The notes below the pieces were generated by a model that searched no databases, had not been told where the DNA came from, and was given only the letters and a program-made list of their open reading frames with translations. Source: Thermodesulfovibrionales bacterium (GTDB lineage: Bacteria; Nitrospirota; Thermodesulfovibrionia; Thermodesulfovibrionales; SM23-35). From it: DNA of 64,000 nt. A program made the position numbers and the translations under genes. The stretch is taken from assembly GCA_963715195.1 (NCBI GenBank), contig CAVQRT010000031.1, positions 1 through 64,000 of the forward strand, read 5' to 3'. Below, piece after piece: positions 9,910 to 19,891 of this stretch (within the stretch, counting starts at the first letter, position 1; each line of letters opens with the position of its first letter).

Positions 9910-11709
9910 TTGTTTATGATTAATAACGTGCCCATCAGTTCTCTGCCGGAACCCTTTCGTTATTACAGAACATTCATGAAGAGTGACCATCTCCATTTTG
10001 GATTCTGGCCGGAGGAGAAAAATACTTTATTATCGATAGAAAGGGCGCAGCAGGCTATGCTCGAACATCTTCTATCTTTTTTTCCTCCTCCTCCTGCAGC
10101 CGTTCTTTATGTCTGCGTTTGTCTTGGTTGTCCTGCATCTGTATTATCACAGAAAGGGTATCAAGTCACAGCAATAACACCATCCCATGCAATGGTCGAC
10201 TATGCTCAAAAAGCCTGTAAAGGAAATGGAGTTGAATTTCATGCACTGGGATTCTTTGATGAGCATAACGTGATTTTTGCACAGGCGCGATATGATGTCA
10301 TTTTTTTCCAGGAATCTGTTCCATTCTTAAATCCTCTCGACGCTGTTATGGGGAAATCGAGACAACTGCTTAAAGATAACGGCTTTCTGATTATTGCAGA
10401 TGAGGTCTGTTACGATGAATCGATTAAACATGGAGAGAGTATTCACACATCAAGTGACTTTGTTGTTGCACTTGCTGAACATGGTTTCCGAATTACGCAG
10501 CATGAAAAGATCGGGAAAAATGTTTCTCCCACATATGAAGTTATCATCGAAGGCCTCGCCAGATATAAGAGGGACATCATCGCTTCGGGTGTCGCGGAAG
10601 AAGCTGGAGATCGTGTTGACTTTTATATCAGTCTATGGGGAAAAAAGAAGAAGCGGAATCTTGAGGGACAGATTGGATATGAGATATTTGTTGGGAAAAA
10701 GGATAATTTCTTTGTCAAACCATATTCCATTGGTGACGAGAAGAACATACTGTCTACATTTGGCGACGTATTTCGTGTGGAAAGGTCCATCGAACACTGG
10801 TTCTGGAAATATAGAGACAACCCTTTCGATTCATACAAAATTTCGGAAGTCTTTTCAGATGATGGGAATCTTGTTGCTCATTACTCAGGATACCCCGTGT
10901 TTTTTTATGATCACACAAATGACAGTGCTGAGACATTTCTTTCCATTCAAATAGGAGACACCATGACGCGGCCTGAAGTTCGAGGGGTAGGTCGTGGGAA
11001 AACAAGTATTCTTGCAAGAAGTGCCCAGCATTTTTATGCTAAATATTGTGAGGGAAAAGTACCATTCACGTATGGCTTCAATACCGGTACGATAAAAAAG
11101 TTCGGGGAAAAGTTTCTGAGATATCAGTATATTGATGCTATTCCTTACAGGGTTAAGAATGTCAAGGGATTTTCTCCATACAGGATCTCTTCGTTTAAAA
11201 AGATATTATGCGGCTATACGGTTGAGATGATTAATTCATTCGATAGAAATTTCGATTATTTTTTTGAAAGAACAGCTCCTCACTATGTCCTGTTGGTAAA
11301 AAGGGATTCAAAATATCTTGCATGGAGATATCGAAATTGTCCTGATAAGAATTATATTTGTGTTGCTGCCTATAAGCGAAAAGAGATTATCGGGTGGTCA
11401 ATTTTTTATAAAAAGGGCGTGCAATTATTATGGGGAGATGCGTTATTCGACAGAAACCATGGGAAAGCGGTCCAGCTGGTCTTGAATTTTCTCTTTCAAT
11501 CCTCATTGTTCAGAGATATTGAAACGATTGAAGGATGGTTTTCAAAGAATCCTCAATGGTGGAACGATATCCTCGATCAGGCCGGCTTTGATCTGACCAA
11601 TGAACCTAATAACTTATTCCCTGGTTTTTACACTCTGACTGAAGATGAGACGATGATGAGATTACAAAACTCTTTCTATTACACGATGGGCGACAGCGAT
11701 CTCTTTTAG
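9910..11709 (+). CDS. Class I methyltransferase-like domain fused to a GNAT-like domain
   Basis: N-terminal HLHFGFW..AQQAML and LLKDNGFLIIAD; C-terminal WFWKYRDNP, GDTMTRPEVRGVG, YGFNT, YLAWRY, YYTMGDSDLF. Confidence 0.75.
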   Translation: MFMINNVPISSLPEPFRYYRTFMKSDHLHFGFWPEEKNTLLSIERAQQAMLEHLLSFFPPPPAAVLYVCVCLGCPASVLSQKGYQVTAITPSHAMVDYAQKACKGNGVEFHALGFFDEHNVIFAQARYDVIFFQESVPFLNPLDAVMGKSRQLLKDNGFLIIADEVCYDESIKHGESIHTSSDFVVALAEHGFRITQHEKIGKNVSPTYEVIIEGLARYKRDIIASGVAEEAGDRVDFYISLWGKKKKRNLEGQIGYEIFVGKKDNFFVKPYSIGDEKNILSTFGDVFRVERSIEHWFWKYRDNPFDSYKISEVFSDDGNLVAHYSGYPVFFYDHTNDSAETFLSIQIGDTMTRPEVRGVGRGKTSILARSAQHFYAKYCEGKVPFTYGFNTGTIKKFGEKFLRYQYIDAIPYRVKNVKGFSPYRISSFKKILCGYTVEMINSFDRNFDYFFERTAPHYVLLVKRDSKYLAWRYRNCPDKNYICVAAYKRKEIIGWSIFYKKGVQLLWGDALFDRNHGKAVQLVLNFLFQSSLFRDIETIEGWFSKNPQWWNDILDQAGFDLTNEPNNLFPGFYTLTEDETMMRLQNSFYYTMGDSDLF

Positions 11710-11852
11710 TAATGGTTCGGTCTGATAAGGTGATATTATTACGTTGTCAGAAATAAACAAGATTATTATGTACTTTGGACTTGTTGATCTGATCAGTGCA
11801 TATGCTTTAGAACTAAGGATATGCTTCAAGGACCCTCTATCAGGTCGTGTTT

Positions 11853-12917
11853 CTACAATAATCCTTTCTTAAAAGCACGCCTTGCGAGATGTGAACACGC
11901 GTACGATACTAGCAAAACAAACAAAAACTTAATAACGGCATGTGTGGATAGTTTGAGCATGTTCAATATCTTGTCATTTATCTCTATAGCGAAAAGATGA
12001 AAACAGTAGAGTCCCAAGGAGTTATCGGATAGAAACTTGATCCAAACTGTAGGCGGACGACTGACAGACACCGAGAGCAAAAAAACGAGCAGAGAACCTA
12101 CTGCGACTGAAATTCTCGTATATGGCGGGATGATATGTTGATTAGCGGTAAAATTTCTCGCATCGACCATCCAGTGCCATTCGAATACTGAAGCTGCTAT
12201 AAAGAGTATAAACAAAAATAAAATCAGATTTCTGAAAAAGTTGGAAGTAGGTTTGAAGAGCAGACGTTCACGGTATCTTGAGATCAATATGGCGATAAAG
12301 ACGTATACAAAAAAATTAGCAGGGTTCCACGCAGCTACGAGAGAAGGGTTGGAACCTGTTCTAAAAAGAAAAAAGGGCATCATCCAGAGAAGTGATGCTG
12401 AGGTCGCCAGCAGCACCCATATAGCCTGCTGAGGAAGTTTCATAGCAAAAAATGAGATGCACGTTAACAGACACAAGGAAAAAAAGAAATAGAACGCTGA
12501 CGGACCTCCGCTCATGATGAGGATAAGAATGCTTTTTAGGTCATATGACGGCAGCATTTGATTCAAACCACCTCGCCATAAAATAAGGAGCAGCAACCAA
12601 AATACGTAGATATATATCAGTCTTTCGATGCGGCTCCAAAAATAGGCACGATTATTGTGGACCTTTTCGAAGAAAAGAAATAAAGAAACTAAAAAAAAAA
12701 CTGGTACCGCAAGGCAGAGCATATGATAATTAAGAAGATCAGGGACAGAAAACTTGTGCAGGCGGTATTCTTGAATGTCAAGAATAGTATGTCTTCCAAG
12801 AAGTTCCATATGGAGTGTGACAACACCAATGGACATAAGGGCTCTCAGATAATCAAATCCGTAATAAATTTTTTGTGGGCTGCCCTTCATTCCTGCATTC
12901 TCCCAAGGTTTTCTCAT
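11853..12917 (-). CDS. Acyltransferase-3 family membrane protein
   Basis: GFDYLRALMSIGVVTLH, AVPVFFLVS, SLGLYCFH; hydrophobic; start at ATG 12917 or 12890. Confidence 0.82.
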   Translation of the reverse strand: MRKPWENAGMKGSPQKIYYGFDYLRALMSIGVVTLHMELLGRHTILDIQEYRLHKFSVPDLLNYHMLCLAVPVFFLVSLFLFFEKVHNNRAYFWSRIERLIYIYVFWLLLLILWRGGLNQMLPSYDLKSILILIMSGGPSAFYFFFSLCLLTCISFFAMKLPQQAIWVLLATSASLLWMMPFFLFRTGSNPSLVAAWNPANFFVYVFIAILISRYRERLLFKPTSNFFRNLILFLFILFIAASVFEWHWMVDARNFTANQHIIPPYTRISVAVGSLLVFLLSVSVSRPPTVWIKFLSDNSLGLYCFHLFAIEINDKILNMLKLSTHAVIKFLFVLLVSYACSHLARRAFKKGLL

Positions 12918-12966
12918 TAATTCTATAGCCGGTAACGGAGATGAATGATGATGCCTGACAAAACAA

Positions 12967-13764
12967 CTAACGATTAGGGAATAGAAGCCCGCCCCCTGTG
13001 CCACTCGGCATGTACGCGTTAGCGGGAGCATCTTTTTTGATATTGGGGCGAACAGGTTGTGCTTGTGAGACAGAAGGAGTTGCTTGCTGAGGCTGTCTTG
13101 GCTGTTGTGGAACTGAAGCCCTCGGCGCTGCTGGAGCAGGAGACTGACCGACGGCAGCTGCTCTGCGAGGCTCTCTCTGCTTTTGAGCAGGGGCAACCGG
13201 AGCTACCTTGGGTTGTGACGTTGCTGTGGCTGTCGTAGCAACTTCCGCTCTTGTCTTTGGCTTCTGGGGGTCATTCATTGCAACAATCAGTTTCTCTTCT
13301 CCCCTTACCATTACGATCTTGTCGGTATCTATCTCTTTAAGTACAAAACCGCTCATGGAGTCGCCTTTTTTCAGGGCGACCTGCCTCTTGCCCCGCCCCG
13401 GCGTGTTGCGGGGCGCCTTGAGATCTTCCAAATAAGCAAGGCTCAGGTCATCCGATATCATAGTACCATAGAGGACAAAATCCGGCTGTGGCAGCGGCTG
13501 TTCGGCTTTTTTCTCGGGCGGTATTCTTCTCTCCGGATGGAAGAGATTTTCGTCAACGACGGCAGTATATTCGGTCAGAGAAGGAACTTCGGCTTCCCCG
13601 GTTTCTCCGGCATTTGCCCCTTCACTTTTTTTTGCCGAGGGCAGCGCATATTTAACCTTCATCTCAAGGGTCGGAAAGATGCTGTATGCGGCAAATGCAA
13701 TAACCGCCGCTACGAGGATGATGTTGAGTATGTTGATGTTACGGAGTATTCTTTTAAATCTCAT
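12967..13764 (-). CDS. T2SS GspC/GspN-like bitopic protein with Pro/Gln-rich tail
   Basis: Single N-terminal TM; NLFHPERR; LYGTMIS; GDSMSGFVLKEI; follows gspM. Confidence 0.7.
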   Translation of the reverse strand: MRFKRILRNINILNIILVAAVIAFAAYSIFPTLEMKVKYALPSAKKSEGANAGETGEAEVPSLTEYTAVVDENLFHPERRIPPEKKAEQPLPQPDFVLYGTMISDDLSLAYLEDLKAPRNTPGRGKRQVALKKGDSMSGFVLKEIDTDKIVMVRGEEKLIVAMNDPQKPKTRAEVATTATATSQPKVAPVAPAQKQREPRRAAAVGQSPAPAAPRASVPQQPRQPQQATPSVSQAQPVRPNIKKDAPANAYMPSGTGGGLLFPNR

Positions 13765-13785
13765 CTATGAAGGATTTCCAATGTT

Positions 13786-13863
13786 GTCATTGTCCGGCTC
13801 GACCGGACAATCCAGGTCTTGTTATTGAAAAAACTGGATTCCCCGATCGAGTCGGGGAATGAC
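13786..13863. repeat. Palindromic element family A (GTCATT...AATGAC), REP/RPE-like
   Basis: gtcattgtccgg-ctcga-ccggacaatccag ... ctggattccccga-tcgag-tcggggaatgac; double hairpin with terminal inverted repeat. Confidence 0.85.
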
Positions 13864-13918
13864 GAACTTGTTATTCTGATAAGACTGGTAATAACTTCTT
13901 GAGTTATGATAGGAACCC

Positions 13919-14473
13919 TCATCGGCTGCTCGTGAGGGAGGAGATATCCAGCTTGACCACAAGATCGCGCGGGTCCCTGTAGTTTCTGATCCGTGCGTCA
14001 AGATCCTTGACAACAAGATACGGCGTCTGCGTCTCGATGGCGTAAAGGATGTCCCTCAGGGCCCGGGGATCAGGCAGAATGGTGTCCATGCTTACCGTTA
14101 TGACTTTGAACTTTCCGACGTCCTCCGGTTTGCCCACACGCTGACTGGATATGGTGCCTCCGCTCCGCGTTACGATGTCCTTCACCATCTCCTGGAGAGC
14201 TGCGGAAGCCAGGGAGAGCGTATCTCCTTCGATGAGTTTCACGTCATCGGCCTTCCTCGATTCTTTCAACGTGGCGAGGTTTTTCTCGATATCGGGTTTT
14301 TCCGCAATCAGCGAAATATATTTTTCGAGGGTCCTTGTCTTTATCGCCTGGCTTTCCTTGATCGTGACCACATCGGACTGGATCCTGAGATAAACATATT
14401 CATAGAGCATAAACCCGAGGAGAACTGCCATCAGAGGTATGGTAATGATTAATGTCTTATTCCTCTTCTTCAC
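13919..14473 (-). CDS. gspM: Type II secretion system protein M
   Basis: N-terminal TM, coiled coil, LASAALQ, LYAIETQTPYLVV; operon position. Confidence 0.8.
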   Translation of the reverse strand: MKKRNKTLIITIPLMAVLLGFMLYEYVYLRIQSDVVTIKESQAIKTRTLEKYISLIAEKPDIEKNLATLKESRKADDVKLIEGDTLSLASAALQEMVKDIVTRSGGTISSQRVGKPEDVGKFKVITVSMDTILPDPRALRDILYAIETQTPYLVVKDLDARIRNYRDPRDLVVKLDISSLTSSR

Positions 14474-16007
14474 CTGTAGTCTCCTCTTTTGCTTTCAGGG
14501 CTTCGAGATCCACGCCTTCAACCTCCATTTTAATGTTAAACCTGTCGGCATTCATTCTGGTATCCCTGAAGGTTGGCGAAGCAAATTCAACCTTCTTGAA
14601 AAACGGTGATCCCTCGAGTTTCGACAAGAGTCCTGTTGCCGAGGAAGCGTATCCTTCAAGGTCAACGTTTGTCTGTGAAATCCTTGTCCGGGAGAGCCAG
14701 GCGCTTTTCGGAAGAATCGCCGTCAGTTCCTTGAGAATGTCCAGAGACATCCTCCGGTTCTCTTTGAAATTATTGATCGTTGCGATCTCAGCCTGAAGCG
14801 CTTCCAGTTCTTGTTTGAGCGCCTCGACTTTTTTCACTTCCTCTTTCCGTGAGGCGATCTGGCTGTCAATCTGCGTAAGCCTTTTTTCCTCGATCTGCAA
14901 GGGAGCGATGAGATACACAATCCATAAGACAAGGATTGCGAGCAGGAGAAGGGCGGTCAGGAATACCGGCGCCCTGACTGTTTTGTGTATTCCCTTTGTA
15001 ATCAAATTCAGCCCGTTTGCCTTTGGCCATAAGGATTCCAGAGTTGCTCCAAAGGCTGCATAGGGTATGCCTTTTTCGTATGCGGGATGTTTTAATCTGA
15101 TATCTGTCTCATTCAGAAAGAAAACGGATTGCTGTAGCCGGAGCTTAAGCAGTTCTTTCAGCCCGGGATTCGCCTCTCCCAGATGCACCATGATGCGCGG
15201 GTCCCCGCCGCTGTTTTTGATCGCATCGATGAGAGGTTTGATGTCTCCGGCAACCAGATCAGCCTGCGATCGCTCGTCATCTGCAGGGAAAGATCCTGTC
15301 AAAACATTCGATATCGAAGTGTTATGGAACATGGCACCCTCATAGCCTTCTTTGCCCAGCTCGAGAAAGATGAGGTCTCGTTTCATGCCGGTAAAACGGC
15401 AGAGGGTCTCGATGCCTGACAGGCTGGCTGATACCCTGCCGACTGATATGCCCCTTTCGCTGAGCGCATCGATATAGGGCTGGATGACGTCGGCCTTGAC
15501 CGCAACAATGAGGATGGACAGCTTCCCTTCTTTTTCTTTGAGCACCCTGAAGTCATAGTATGCGTTCCCTGCATTGAACGGGGTAATTCGGTCAAGTTCA
15601 TACGCAATAACATCTGACAGATTTTCCCTGACTGTCACCGGAAACTCCGCGGTCTTTATGACCGTCCACGCCTTTGGAATGCTCAGTGTCACCTCTGCGT
15701 TGCGAGCGCCGAGATCGCTGATTGCCAGAGCGAGGGATGAGGCCAGGACCTCGGGCTGAGGATACCTGCCTTCAAAGGGGTATTCCCGGATCGCCTGGAT
15801 TTTCATCCTGGAGAAAAGTCTCCTGCCGTAGGCCACAGAAAGGGTATCTTTATCGAGAGATACAGCTAAGGTCTTCGCAGGATAAATACTGTCGTCGGCG
15901 AGGCTGAAGGTGAGTAAACGTTTGATCGGGTCGGTGATCTTCTTCAGCATTGAAGAAGATGTTGATGCCCATAGCGACAGTTTGTTGATTACCGCAGTTC
16001 CGTTCAT
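14457..16007 (-). CDS. gspL: Type II secretion protein L (PilM-like + TM + PilN-like)
   Basis: YELDRITPF actin-like segment, NLI..TM, LKELTAILP..AWL, LEGSPFFKKVEFASP. Confidence 0.82.
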   Translation of the reverse strand: MNGTAVINKLSLWASTSSSMLKKITDPIKRLLTFSLADDSIYPAKTLAVSLDKDTLSVAYGRRLFSRMKIQAIREYPFEGRYPQPEVLASSLALAISDLGARNAEVTLSIPKAWTVIKTAEFPVTVRENLSDVIAYELDRITPFNAGNAYYDFRVLKEKEGKLSILIVAVKADVIQPYIDALSERGISVGRVSASLSGIETLCRFTGMKRDLIFLELGKEGYEGAMFHNTSISNVLTGSFPADDERSQADLVAGDIKPLIDAIKNSGGDPRIMVHLGEANPGLKELLKLRLQQSVFFLNETDIRLKHPAYEKGIPYAAFGATLESLWPKANGLNLITKGIHKTVRAPVFLTALLLLAILVLWIVYLIAPLQIEEKRLTQIDSQIASRKEEVKKVEALKQELEALQAEIATINNFKENRRMSLDILKELTAILPKSAWLSRTRISQTNVDLEGYASSATGLLSKLEGSPFFKKVEFASPTFRDTRMNADRFNIKMEVEGVDLEALKAKEETTGEEEE

Positions 16008-16975
16008 TGGGTAATAGTCACCGGTTTTTTATAGTAAAGGAATTTATAGGGTAGTTCGTCAAGGGAGGTCGTTGGGGTCAAAACGACTGTTGCCCTGATA
16101 GCATAGGTTCCCTTCTCATTCTCTTTGCTTCCCGCGGCATCAATAGAGAATACATTCGATCCCCCGGTCGTAATATACCGTGACATCAGACTGTAGTTTT
16201 CTCCGAGAACTTCACGGACATTCGTTGCCCCCGCAGTTTCTATTGTCTGCCGTGAGCTTATGATGCCGTCGGCAAGTTCGGGGGTCATGCCGGGTATTGC
16301 CATCAGCACTTCCATGGGTGCGGCATTGATATTGATTCTGTTCCTCCTCGCATGTACGGTCAAGAAATCAATGATTCCTTTCTTTTCATTGTTCCCGTAA
16401 AGGATATCGGCTGTTACCCCTTTCACCAGGAGAAGTTCTTCCAGACTGTCAAAGCGGGCATTCTTTGCCTTATAGGGATTTTGAAGGGACTGATAATAAT
16501 CGCTTTCGGCTCCGTGAAGCCTGTGCAGATCATCGCGATCCTTCCAGTCCATTATGGAATCAACGATGGTATCAGCCTCCTCATCGGAAAGCCCTGTATT
16601 CAACAGGAGATTTTTTAATAGTACATCAGAAGCAAAGTTTATGTCCACCTTGCCTGATTCATCAGTGATGCTAACGGTATACGTTCCGTTGCCGAGCTGG
16701 CCGGTGTAGGGCGTGCCATCCACCTGCCAGACCTCAAGCCCCTCGAATTCAATCGTCTGGTTCTTATAGACATTCCGGTAGAAAAGTTCCGTGATCGCTC
16801 TTTCCATCCCGCCTTCTGCGACAAATTCTTTCTCCATCCCGCCTTTGAATGAAGCGGTCGAGAGCGTTTCTGTCCTGATCATGAACGAGAATGAGAAGAC
16901 GATGACCATAAGAATGGTCAAAACCCATAAGACCACAAGGAGGGCAATGCCTTTTTGTGAAAATGTGCTCTTCAT
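16004..16975 (-). CDS. gspK: Minor pseudopilin GspK
   Basis: QKG|IALLVVLWVL, DESGKVDIN, IMDWKD.D, EELLLVKG, ININAAP; ATG 16975. Confidence 0.93.
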   Translation of the reverse strand: MKSTFSQKGIALLVVLWVLTILMVIVFSFSFMIRTETLSTASFKGGMEKEFVAEGGMERAITELFYRNVYKNQTIEFEGLEVWQVDGTPYTGQLGNGTYTVSITDESGKVDINFASDVLLKNLLLNTGLSDEEADTIVDSIMDWKDRDDLHRLHGAESDYYQSLQNPYKAKNARFDSLEELLLVKGVTADILYGNNEKKGIIDFLTVHARRNRININAAPMEVLMAIPGMTPELADGIISSRQTIETAGATNVREVLGENYSLMSRYITTGGSNVFSIDAAGSKENEKGTYAIRATVVLTPTTSLDELPYKFLYYKKPVTITQ

Positions 16976-16985
16976 TATTCCATCG

Positions 16986-17693
16986 CTATTCTTCTGCAAC
17001 GAATTCCTCCTCAAAACCACCGGCCGCTGCAAGATCTGCGGCCGACCTCTTTACCCTGACCGGGATTACAAGGGCGAGGTCTTCAGCGCCTTCAATAAAA
17101 TGGATCCGTATCTTTTCGGGAATGCTGACGATATCCGCTCCCGGGATGCTTATATTGTCTGTCCATTGATCTGTCCACGTGCCTGTTTCCTCCGTCGGCT
17201 CCTTATAAAAATATTCGAAGTAAATGCTCTCAAAGGGATTCGTGAGCATGGTTTCGACCCTGTTGTGCCTGCCGGCTACACTCTCTGAGGCATAGATAGC
17301 CTGCTTGCCATTCTCCAGTGTCTGAACTGAATAGGTAGTGATGACGTATCCCTTCTCTCCGCCCCAGATGGAATAGTTTGTCGAAAATTCGAGGTATTCC
17401 CGGTCCCCTTTGAAATAATATTTTTTTTCACCGTCTTCGATGTATACGAGCGGGATATATGACTGGATTTGGGAATCTATGATATTCAGCGAAGACCTGG
17501 TCCGTTCAAGATAGGCTATCCGTTTCTCGCCCGACTCAATGGCCCGTGTTCCCAGACGCATGGCACCGGTGATGATCAGGACAATAATTCCGATGAGCGC
17601 GATCGAAATGGTCAATTCAAGCAGGGTAAAGCCGCAGGAGGAATAACAAATATTCTTGTTATCTCTGCTGTTGTGCTGCTTGTTGCATATCAT
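16986..17693 (-). CDS. gspJ: Minor pseudopilin GspJ
   Basis: G|FTLLEL prepilin motif; position between gspI and gspK. Confidence 0.85.
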   Translation of the reverse strand: MICNKQHNSRDNKNICYSSCGFTLLELTISIALIGIIVLIITGAMRLGTRAIESGEKRIAYLERTRSSLNIIDSQIQSYIPLVYIEDGEKKYYFKGDREYLEFSTNYSIWGGEKGYVITTYSVQTLENGKQAIYASESVAGRHNRVETMLTNPFESIYFEYFYKEPTEETGTWTDQWTDNISIPGADIVSIPEKIRIHFIEGAEDLALVIPVRVKRSAADLAAAGGFEEEFVAEE

Positions 17694-18229
17694 AAGATTT
17701 GCTCTTTTCTTACGGCTTTCATTGTCCTGAGACTCAGCGACCTCTCCTTTATCCCTTTTGTCCAGTGAACAGTCATACTTACTTCGAGGAGCTTGACCGG
17801 CAGATTTTCAGTCCTCTCCTCCAGTGCGTTCGTCACCGAAACATCTATCCTGTATCCATCGCCTGTTGTCTCACTGAAGGATGTTTCGGCAAGTGCTGCA
17901 TCATCCAGTATCTCCCGCATCTTTGCCTCTGCCATTTTTGTGGCGGATACATAATCCTCTGATGAGGCAAGGGCTCTCAGGTTCGCTGAAAAAAGCTGGA
18001 GGACAACCGCAACTGCAATCCCTAATATCGCCGTCGCCACAAGGACTTCGAGGAGGGTAAAGCCATGGGGGGAGAGCCAACACGTGCTTCTGTCATTCCC
18101 GCTTGGCGGGAATCCTTCTGCTTCACCCTTAATAAAGGGGGATAAAAGGGGTTGTTCAAAATAGATTCCGGACGAGCCGGAATGACTGACTTCCGCATCC
18201 TTGGGTAGAAGATAATTCTTATATTTCAT
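17690..18229 (-). CDS. gspI: Minor pseudopilin GspI with unusually long leader
   Basis: G|FTLLEVLVATAILG; leader of about 56 aa containing a translated repeat. Confidence 0.85.
   Translation of the reverse strand: MKYKNYLLPKDAEVSHSGSSGIYFEQPLLSPFIKGEAEGFPPSGNDRSTCWLSPHGFTLLEVLVATAILGIAVAVVLQLFSANLRALASSEDYVSATKMAEAKMREILDDAALAETSFSETTGDGYRIDVSVTNALEERTENLPVKLLEVSMTVHWTKGIKERSLSLRTMKAVRKEQIL
18092..18186. repeat. Palindromic element family A, inside gspI
   Basis: gtcattcccgcttggcgggaatcc ... agattccggacgagccggaatgac. Confidence 0.85.
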
Positions 18230-18235
18230 ATGTGT

Positions 18236-18694
18236 TTATTGAACTTCTATTGTTCCGATAATCGGGTCTATCTGGATGCTGACCGTCTTTCTGTCATTCC
18301 ACAGGACAATAGTGCCTCCTTCAACACCTCCAGTCGAATGGACGATGATGGAGTATTGCCCGTCGGTTATTTCTCCTTCAACAGGATCAACGACTTTGAC
18401 AGCGATATCAGAGGGGATGTCTTTCGGGGCATGACCCTCAAGGAGGTACTGCCTGTTTTCGAGATCTATGGTGACAACCTGCTGTTTGTTCAACATCTTG
18501 GCAAATGTGCGGGCCTGTTTTACCGTCGTTGAAATGCTTCTTACCGTTGCATTCAGTCTGTACCCCGGCATGCTGTTGGCAAAAAAGACTGCTGACAGGC
18601 CGAGGATGACTGACATGAGGAACAGGACGATGATGAGTTCAAGGAGCATGAAACCGGTTGCCCCGTTCTTTGAGCGATTGTATATCAGAATCAT
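18236..18694 (-). CDS. gspH: Minor pseudopilin GspH/FimT-like
   Basis: G|FMLLELII; STGGVEGGTI; IDPIIGTI. Confidence 0.82.
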   Translation of the reverse strand: MILIYNRSKNGATGFMLLELIIVLFLMSVILGLSAVFFANSMPGYRLNATVRSISTTVKQARTFAKMLNKQQVVTIDLENRQYLLEGHAPKDIPSDIAVKVVDPVEGEITDGQYSIIVHSTGGVEGGTIVLWNDRKTVSIQIDPIIGTIEVQ

Positions 18695-18696
18695 AG

Positions 18697-19891
18697 CTAA
18701 AAAGGAAGCTCTATGATGCTGAATATTGCCATTAATATCGAAATAACGATAGCTGCGATAATCAGACCCATGCTGAGGATCATGACAGGCTCAAGGAGAC
18801 TCACAAATCTTTTGATCGCTATATTCAGACTCTTCTCATAGGTGTTTGCAACCTTCAGGAGCATTGTATCGAGCTGGCCGGTCTCTTCACCGACCTTGAT
18901 CATCGAGAGGGCGAGGGCGGGGAATACTTTTGTATCTGATAGGGGCACGGCTATCCCTTTCCCTTCTTTTGCCCCGGCAGAGACCGCATCGATTGCCAAG
19001 GCAATAACTTGGTTGTTCACGACGTCCTTTGCATTATGGAGGGCTTGGAGCAGGGGGACGCCGCTCTTGAGCAGTGTACCGAGGGTCCTGCAAAACCGGG
19101 CTGTCTCAAGTTTCCGGATTACATCCCCCATCAGCCTCAGCTTGAATTTGTCCCAGTTGTATCTGCCCGAATCAGTCCGTTTATAATTTCTGAGGATGAG
19201 CCATCCGGACATGCATACGGCAAGGGCAATCCACCAGTATGCTTTGAGGGCATTGCTAAATGCTAGGAGCAGTTGTGTGGACAGCGGAAGGGCACCTCCG
19301 AGTTCATCGAATATGACAGAAAATTTCGGCAGCACATAGGTGAGAAGCACAACGATCGACAGCGCCGCTCGTTGCAATGAGGATAGCAGGGTATATCATG
19401 ACGGAAACGACGTGATCTTTCAACGCCTTGGAGGATTCCAGGAACTCGTTCAGTTTTTCAAGGACGACGTCGAGCACGCCGCCCGCTTCCCCGCCCGTAT
19501 CATGTTCACATACAACCTCGGGAATATCTTCGGATGCTGTTGAATGGCATCTGAGAATGAGCTTCCCTCCCTGATCGATTTCAGGATTGACTGAACCACA
19601 CTTTTCATCTCACTGCTTTCTGATATGTCTGAAAGGATGTTCAGGCTTCGGTCCAGCGGCAGTCCTGCACCAAGTAGCTCTGATAATTCTGTTGTGAAGG
19701 TGAGGAGGTCGCTTCTCGAAGACCTCAGACGAAATTTTTTCTTAATGTCGACTTCTTGGAGCTGCAATCTTCAGCGGGATATAACCGGTGTTTTTCAGCC
19801 TTTCTATTGCGGAATTTTCGTCGGTTGCTTCAATAACACCCTCTATGATTGCACCATCGATGCTGGTCGCCCGATATGAGAAGACAGGCAT
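18697..19891 (-). CDS. gspF: T2SS inner-membrane platform protein F, frameshifted
   Basis: MPVFSYRA start at 19891 (TAATG overlap with gspE stop); FTTELSELLGAGLPL; LYVNMIRAG; GEETGQLD; frame breaks near 19770, 19480, 19365. Confidence 0.9.

Noticed and set aside
12918..13196. N-terminal extension of ORF 11853-13196
   Set aside because: Overlaps the gspC/N-like gene in another frame; acyltransferase motifs begin only near 12890
13822..14016. Small ORFs 13822-14016, 21422-21622 and 21615-21803
   Set aside because: They are translations of the palindromic repeats (e.g. VIPRLDRGIQ, DSGQAGMT) without independent support
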